In this document: positions 58,158-64,000 of the stretch, piece after piece
Layout of the letters: each line of letters starts with the position of its first letter
How positions within the stretch are numbered: the first letter of the stretch is position 1
Source: Clostridia bacterium
Lineage (GTDB): Bacteria; Bacillota; Clostridia; Oscillospirales; CAG-272
Assembly: GCA_017503865.1 (NCBI GenBank)
Contig: JAFVSI010000019.1
Coordinates: 850-64,849, forward strand
Length of the DNA stretch: 64,000 nucleotides
Direction of reading: 5' to 3'
Notes under the pieces: model-generated
The model's database searches: none
What the model was told of the DNA's origin: nothing
What the model saw: the letters and a program-made list of their open reading frames with translations, nothing else
Position numbers and translations under genes: made by a program

Positions 58158-61100
58158 ATGACCAACAATATTCTTATAGACAGTATACGCATTGACAGCG
58201 AATACAAGGAGCTCTTAAAGGCGGTAAAAAGTCTGTCGAGCCACGCGTCTCCAAAGCCTGTGCTTGTTACGGGACTTTGTGAGGGTGCGGCTGATGCCGC
58301 CTATGCTTCGCTTATCGGTGACGTAACGAGGCTTAGCGACAAGAAGGCTCCCGTTCTCCTTTTTTGTGCAGAGGAAAAGGAGTGCGTGAGACTTAAGGTA
58401 TTTCTTGAACAGCATGGAATAAGAATCGGCTTTTTCGTAAAACGCGACCTAACATTATACAATATTACCGCCTCCCGTGAGTACGAACACGAGAGGCTAA
58501 AGGTCTTGTCGGGAATTCTCGGCGGTGAGTACGATGCTGTAATTACCACTCCCGACGCGGCACTTGAATACACAATGCCGCCCGACCTTCTTAGTGCCAA
58601 CCGCTTGAAATTCGAGTATTCGCAGACCGATATTGACGTCCGCGTTATAACCGATGCACTCCTTAACGCAGGTTTTGCCCGTGTTGAGATGGTCGAGGCG
58701 GCAGGACAGTTTGCCATTCGCGGTGGAATTATTGATATTTTCCCGCCCTATGCTACCTATATCGATATTGACGGAAACGTGGCGGGCGGCTCGGTTGCAA
58801 TAAGAATTGAGCTTTTCGGTGACGAGATAGATAGAATGGAGCTTTTCGATCCCGCAACGCAGAGAATGACTCTAACTCTTGACGCCATAGAGATATTTCC
58901 TTCAAGAGAGGTGCTTCTTAATGCTGAAAAGAAGGCAAAGATAAAGGAAGCTATCTCTGCCCACGCGTCGAAGTGTAAGGACGAAAGAGCCTTGCTTGAG
59001 ATGTCGGCGGAAATTGCCGCTATTGACGGAGAGGTTGATATCAATTTTGCAGACAAATATATGACTCTCATTTATCCTGAGAGAGCGAGCCTTTTCGATT
59101 ATTTGAAGGGAACTCCGCTATGCTTGCTCAGGGGCACGTCTGCAATAAACGACAGACTAAAGGCGTTTGAGTGGCACAGCAATCAAATAGTTACAGAGCT
59201 TCTTGAGGGCGGAACGATAGCCCCCAAATATACCGACTATGCAAAGCCCCTTTCCTCATTCGAGGTCTTTCTTTCAAACCGTCCTTGTCTTCATTTTGAT
59301 TCTCTCGGACAGGGAATGAACTCAAAAAAGCTTTATGCGATGTTCAATTTCCGTTCAAAGCATATGGTCTCGTATGGAGATAACTATGCTCTATTGCTTG
59401 AGGATATCGAGGGATATAGGAGAGGCGGATTTAAGATAGTTATTACCACACCGAGTGAGATTGCGGCAAAAAACCTTTGCGGTTTCCTCAACGAAAAGGG
59501 AATAGGTGCTGTCATAGAGACGGCTGAGGGTGAGTTTACCGTAGAAAATCTCCCGAGAAATCTCATTATGATAGTATGGAAGAGATTTATAAAGGGATAC
59601 GAGCTTACCTCAGCAAGAATTGCAGTCTTTTCGACAAATCCCGAGAGCCGAGACGGAGCACTTTCGGCAGCTTCGAGTTATAGAAGAAGCAAAAAGAAGA
59701 AAAAGGGAACAGAGACCATACTTTCCTATAACGACCTTGCAGTTGGCGATTACGTGGTTCACGAGAATTACGGAATAGGACAGTATATGGGTATAAGAAA
59801 TATAACCGTTGACGGTGTGAGTCGAGACTATATTGATATTCACTATGCGGGAAGTGACAGACTCCTTTTGCCTACCGATAAACTCGATATGGTTTCAAAA
59901 TATATCGGTGCTCACGCAGACGACGGTCTTGTCAAGCTTTCAAAATTCAGCACGGGTGAGTGGGGAAGAACGAAGGCAAAGACAAAGTCTATCGTCAAGG
60001 ATATAGCTAAGGAGCTTATCAAGCTCTATGCCGAGCGTTCGCGTCGCCTGGGCTTTGAATTTCCGCCCGACGACGAGCTTCAGCGTGACTTTGAGGCGGC
60101 ATTTGGCTATGACGAGACCGAGGCTCAGCTTGACGCAATTGAAGACATCAAGGAAGATATGATGAAGCCCGTGCCCATGGACAGACTCCTTTGCGGAGAC
60201 GTTGGCTTCGGTAAGACCGAGGTCGCACTCCGTGCGGCATACAAGGCGGTGCTTGGCGGAAAGCAGGTGGCAATTCTCGTGCCCACTACTATTCTCGCAC
60301 TTCAGCATTATCAGACTATATCGAGCCGAATGAGAGCTTTTTCGGTAAACGTTGATATGATTTCAAGATTTAAGACGCCAAAGCAGCAGGCACAGACCTT
60401 GCGTGCACTCAAACGCGGAGACGTTGACGTGATTGTGGGAACTCACCGTCTTATATCAAAGGATATAGAGTTTAAGGATCTCGGTCTCCTTATAATTGAC
60501 GAGGAGCAGAGGTTTGGAGTAGCACAAAAGGAAAAGCTTAAAAAAATGGCGGGAAATATTGACGTTCTCACACTTACCGCAACGCCGATACCGAGAACAC
60601 TTAATATGGCTATGGGCGGTATAAGGGATATTTCTATACTCGATGAAGCTCCCGGAGACCGACTTCCCGTGCAAACTTACGTGCTTGAATATGATGAGCT
60701 TATCATATTTGAGGCTATAAGAAGAGAGCTGCGTCGAGGCGGTCAGATATTTTATCTCCACAATTTCGTTGAGAGTATAGACGCCTGTGCGGCACGAATT
60801 GCCAAGGAGATTCCCGAGGCGAGAATTACCGTTGCACACGGCAAGATGGACAAGGATCAGCTCGAGGACATTTGGGAAGAGATGCTTACGGGAAAGATAG
60901 ATATTCTCGTTTGCACTACAATTATAGAGACGGGCATTGATATTCCGAACGCAAATACTCTTATAGTCGACAACGCTCACAGACTCGGACTTTCACAGCT
61001 ACACCAGATAAGAGGACGAGTAGGACGCTCTGCAAGACGAGCTTACGCGTACTTCACTTATCCGCGAGATAAGACGGTCACAGAGATCGCTTCAAAGAGG

Positions 61101-61772
61101 CTTGAGGCAATTAGAGAGTATGCCGAGTTTGGTGCGGGCTTTAAGATCGCACTTCGCGATATGGAGCTTCGCGGTGTAGGAAATCTTCTCGGTGCCGAGC
61201 AGCACGGACATCTTGACGCTGTCGGTTACGACCTTTATATAAAGCTTCTCAACCAAGCGGTGCTTGAGGAAAAGGGGGAGACGGTCGAGGAAAGAGTTGA
61301 CTGCACGGTCTCGCTCAAATGTGACGCCTTTATTCCCGAGACCTATGTTCCGTATTCCTCGCAGAGAATGGGACTTTACAAGAGAATGGCGAACATAGAG
61401 ACACCTGAGGACAAGGACGACATACTCGACGAGCTTATAGACCGATACGGAGACCTTCCGAAACCCGTAATGAATCTTCTCAACATCGCACTCGTAAGAG
61501 CGGTTGCAATGAAATGCAGAATAAACTCGATAGTCGAGGACGTGACCGAGGTCAAGATATACCCCGAGGACTTCGATATGGAAGTGTGGTCGACACTCTT
61601 CGATACATTCAAAAACAGAATGAGAATGATTATGGGAGAAAAGATAAGCATAAGCTTCCGCTTCAAGAAGGAAGAAAACCTTCCTACCCTTATGTATAAG
61701 CTTTTCACGAAATATCTTGAAGTAAAAAAAGAGCTTTTGGCTGAAAATGTGGACAAAAGCGAACAAAAGTAG
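58158..61772 (+). CDS. mfd: Transcription-repair coupling factor
   Basis: GDYVVHENYGIG, DRLLCGDVGFGKTEVA, DEEQRFG, TATPIPRT, QIRGRVGR, DMELRGVGNLLG. Confidence 0.97.
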   Translation: MTNNILIDSIRIDSEYKELLKAVKSLSSHASPKPVLVTGLCEGAADAAYASLIGDVTRLSDKKAPVLLFCAEEKECVRLKVFLEQHGIRIGFFVKRDLTLYNITASREYEHERLKVLSGILGGEYDAVITTPDAALEYTMPPDLLSANRLKFEYSQTDIDVRVITDALLNAGFARVEMVEAAGQFAIRGGIIDIFPPYATYIDIDGNVAGGSVAIRIELFGDEIDRMELFDPATQRMTLTLDAIEIFPSREVLLNAEKKAKIKEAISAHASKCKDERALLEMSAEIAAIDGEVDINFADKYMTLIYPERASLFDYLKGTPLCLLRGTSAINDRLKAFEWHSNQIVTELLEGGTIAPKYTDYAKPLSSFEVFLSNRPCLHFDSLGQGMNSKKLYAMFNFRSKHMVSYGDNYALLLEDIEGYRRGGFKIVITTPSEIAAKNLCGFLNEKGIGAVIETAEGEFTVENLPRNLIMIVWKRFIKGYELTSARIAVFSTNPESRDGALSAASSYRRSKKKKKGTETILSYNDLAVGDYVVHENYGIGQYMGIRNITVDGVSRDYIDIHYAGSDRLLLPTDKLDMVSKYIGAHADDGLVKLSKFSTGEWGRTKAKTKSIVKDIAKELIKLYAERSRRLGFEFPPDDELQRDFEAAFGYDETEAQLDAIEDIKEDMMKPVPMDRLLCGDVGFGKTEVALRAAYKAVLGGKQVAILVPTTILALQHYQTISSRMRAFSVNVDMISRFKTPKQQAQTLRALKRGDVDVIVGTHRLISKDIEFKDLGLLIIDEEQRFGVAQKEKLKKMAGNIDVLTLTATPIPRTLNMAMGGIRDISILDEAPGDRLPVQTYVLEYDELIIFEAIRRELRRGGQIFYLHNFVESIDACAARIAKEIPEARITVAHGKMDKDQLEDIWEEMLTGKIDILVCTTIIETGIDIPNANTLIVDNAHRLGLSQLHQIRGRVGRSARRAYAYFTYPRDKTVTEIASKRLEAIREYAEFGAGFKIALRDMELRGVGNLLGAEQHGHLDAVGYDLYIKLLNQAVLEEKGETVEERVDCTVSLKCDAFIPETYVPYSSQRMGLYKRMANIETPEDKDDILDELIDRYGDLPKPVMNLLNIALVRAVAMKCRINSIVEDVTEVKIYPEDFDMEVWSTLFDTFKNRMRMIMGEKISISFRFKKEENLPTLMYKLFTKYLEVKKELLAENVDKSEQK

Positions 61773-61806
61773 TATAATGTAAAAAAACGTTAAAAGGAAT
61801 AGATAT

Positions 61807-63123
61807 ATGAAGAAAAAGATTATAAGAGCCTTGTCGCTTCTTTTGTCTGTCTTGATGATAGTTTTGAGCTTTACCTCTTGTAGATCTCTTGGGGAGCCGA
61901 TACTTACACTTGACGGCACAGAGCTTTCGGAGAACGTTTATATGCTTTTTCTCTCAAGACTCAAGGGTAACCTTGCGAGTGCCGCAAATTACAGCACCGA
62001 GGCACTCAAGGACAGCTTTTGGGATATGGTTGTTTCAAACGACGGAACAACGAGAGACGAGTCGTATAAATCTCAGATACTTGAAGAATGCAAATTCTAC
62101 CTTGCCGCCCTCGACCTTTTTGATGAGCTTCGACTCAAGCTTCCCGACTCTTATATTGAAGAGATCGACCGGAATCTTGCCGATCTTGTCGAAGGTGACG
62201 CAAACGGCAGCAAGACCGCTTTCAACAGTATATTGGCGGAATACGGAGCAAACTATGACGTTCTCAGAGAAGCGTTCTTAATTGAGGCAAAGCTCAGCTA
62301 CCTTAACGAATATCTTTACGGAAAGGGCGGCTCGAAGATAGGTGCTGAGGTCATAGAGGACTATTATCAGTCAAAGTACGTCCGCTTCAAGCACGTATTT
62401 TTCTACACCTACACCCCTGTTTACGAGACCGATTCCGACGGAAACGATATTTATTATCTTGACACCTATGCCAAAAAGGTAGCCTACGATACATCTGCAC
62501 TTAAGAGACGTGCGGCTGACGGTAGTGAGGCAAAGGACAAAAACGGTGACGTTATTTACGAAACGGCAGACGGAAAGATTGCTTACGATAAGAAAAACGG
62601 TAGCCGAGCCCCCCTGTACGACGATAACGGTTATATCGTCACCCGTAAGTTTACAGAAAAAGAGCTTATCTCGGTAAACGATGATGCAACTCTTATTATG
62701 GAAGCACTTGAGGGCAACGAGGGCAACTATACCCTCTTTGACAGCTACGTTGAAAACTACAGCGAGGACGAGGGCAGCCTTAAATATACGAACGGATTTT
62801 ATATGACTGCCGAGTCGAATTACGACTCACCCGAGGTGCTCGAGGCAGTTCTTGAAATGGAGAACGGCGAGATAAGAAAGATATACTCGGAGTATGGCAT
62901 TCATATAGTTATGAAATATGAGCTTGACAAAAACGGATACGCCAAGACTGAGAATTCCGACTTCTTTGTAAGTGCAAATACGGGTAACTTCGTCTTTATA
63001 AACGAGCTTATGTCAATTCTCCTTAGTGAAAGACTTTCGAGAGCCATTTCTGCTGTCAAGGTCAACGGGGAAAGCTATGACGCTATAAGTATAAAAAATA
63101 TTGGAGCAAATTTCTATTACTAA
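61807..63123 (+). CDS. Lipoprotein, PrsA/SurA-like foldase (parvulin-like)
   Basis: Lipobox FTSC; YVRFKHV, YSEDEG, SEYGIHIV; located after mfd. Confidence 0.65.
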   Translation: MKKKIIRALSLLLSVLMIVLSFTSCRSLGEPILTLDGTELSENVYMLFLSRLKGNLASAANYSTEALKDSFWDMVVSNDGTTRDESYKSQILEECKFYLAALDLFDELRLKLPDSYIEEIDRNLADLVEGDANGSKTAFNSILAEYGANYDVLREAFLIEAKLSYLNEYLYGKGGSKIGAEVIEDYYQSKYVRFKHVFFYTYTPVYETDSDGNDIYYLDTYAKKVAYDTSALKRRAADGSEAKDKNGDVIYETADGKIAYDKKNGSRAPLYDDNGYIVTRKFTEKELISVNDDATLIMEALEGNEGNYTLFDSYVENYSEDEGSLKYTNGFYMTAESNYDSPEVLEAVLEMENGEIRKIYSEYGIHIVMKYELDKNGYAKTENSDFFVSANTGNFVFINELMSILLSERLSRAISAVKVNGESYDAISIKNIGANFYY

Positions 63124-63127
63124 TTTA

Positions 63128-63156
63128 TTGACACGGCGAAAAATAAGTGGTACAAT
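63128..63156 (+). promoter_or_regulatory. Sigma-A promoter of alaS
   Basis: TTGACA-17nt-TACAAT with extended TG. Confidence 0.75.
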
Positions 63157-63207
63157 ATAGATTTAGTAGAGTTTTATCTAATTTAAAAAGAAAGGTTTAT
63201 TACAACT

Positions 63208-64000
63208 ATGAAATGGACTTCACTTAACGAACTGCGTGAAAAGTATCTTTCTTTCTTTGAATCGAAGGGGCATCTTCGTTTGCCCTCTTTTCCGCTTGTT
63301 CCTATAAACGATAAATCGTTGCTTCTCATAAATTCGGGAATGGCTCCTATGAAAAAGTTTTTCACAGGAGAGGAGATCCCCCCTCGCAACCGTGTAACCA
63401 CCTGCCAGAAGTGTATTCGTACACCCGACCTTGAAAGAGTCGGTCACACGGCACGTCACGGTACTTATTTCGAGATGCTCGGAAACTTCTCGTTTGGCGA
63501 TTATTTCAAGGACGAGGCTATTCCGTGGGCTTGGGAATTTCTTACCGAGTGGCTCGAGATTCCCGCGGACAAGCTCTGGCCCTCTATCTACGAAAACGAC
63601 GAGGAAGCTTTTGTTCTTTGGAAGGACAAGGTGGGAGTTGATCCCGCAAAGATAGTCAGACTTGGTAAGGCTGACAACTTCTGGGAGCACGGAAGCGGCC
63701 CTTGCGGACCTTGCTCCGAGATATATTTTGACAGAGGACTCAAATACGGCTGTGGCTCTCCTGACTGTAAGCCCGGCTGTGACTGTGACAGATTTATGGA
63801 GATCTGGAACAACGTATTCTCTCAGTTCAACAATGACGGAAACGGTAATTATACCGAGCTTGCACAGAAAAATATCGATACCGGTATGGGACTTGAGCGT
63901 CTTGCTTGCGTAATGCAGGGTGTTGACAATCTCTTTGAGGTCGATACCGTTAGAAAGATTCTTGATACAGTTTGTGCTATCGCAGGTAAGACCTACGGAG
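63208..64000 (+). CDS. alaS: Alanine--tRNA ligase (5' part, runs off window end)
   Basis: Not in the ORF track. Manual translation gives [22 protein letters not shown]...NSGMAPMK...CQKCIR...[19 protein letters not shown]...[17 protein letters not shown]...IDTGMGLER. Confidence 0.96.
   Translation, partial: MKWTSLNELREKYLSFFESKGHLRLPSFPLVPINDKSLLLINSGMAPMKKFFTGEEIPPRNRVTTCQKCIRTPDLERVGHTARHGTYFEMLGNFSFGDYFKDEAIPWAWEFLTEWLEIPADKLWPSIYENDEEAFVLWKDKVGVDPAKIVRLGKADNFWEHGSGPCGPCSEIYFDRGLKYGCGSPDCKPGCDCDRFMEIWNNVFSQFNNDGNGNYTELAQKNIDTGMGLERLACVMQGVDNLFEVDTVRKILDTVCAIAGKTYG

Noticed and set aside
63183-63913. Short ORFs listed near the window end
   Set aside because: The real gene is alaS from 63208, missed by the track because it has no stop within the window.

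Overview
This is a 64-kb chromosomal segment from a probably spore-forming Clostridia bacterium (Oscillospirales-like gene content and order; taxonomy is inferred). It is mostly housekeeping: trxB (partial), class III ribonucleotide reductase nrdD/nrdG, secG, mnmE, rimI-tsaD, rex, dnaD/dnaC-like, spoVAC, pgsA, rimO, typA, GTP-PEPCK, a dcw cluster (mraZ to ftsZ, with no ftsA or murD), a GH2 beta-galactosidase, ppdK, pth, mfd and alaS (partial). I found no rRNA, tRNA, CRISPR array, prophage or autonomous transposase. Six things stand out. (1) A Cys-Cys (thioredoxin-type) NrdD carries its own CPNC redoxin domain, sits directly upstream of trxB, and is preceded by six phased NrdR-like boxes. (2) Two DOMON/CBM9-like surface proteins share a GGCGSS-TM-KK C-terminal sorting-like signal and lie between nrdG and nrdD. 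(3) An uncharacterised three-gene operon joins DUF5685 (two DDxxD motifs), a J-domain protein with a 7-Cys tail and an S-component-like membrane protein. (4) There is a ~260-bp non-autonomous IS200/IS605-type element. (5) An AT-rich SLOG + XRE islet sits between typA and pckG. (6) The divisome is atypical. All calls come from visual motif recognition; no searches were run.
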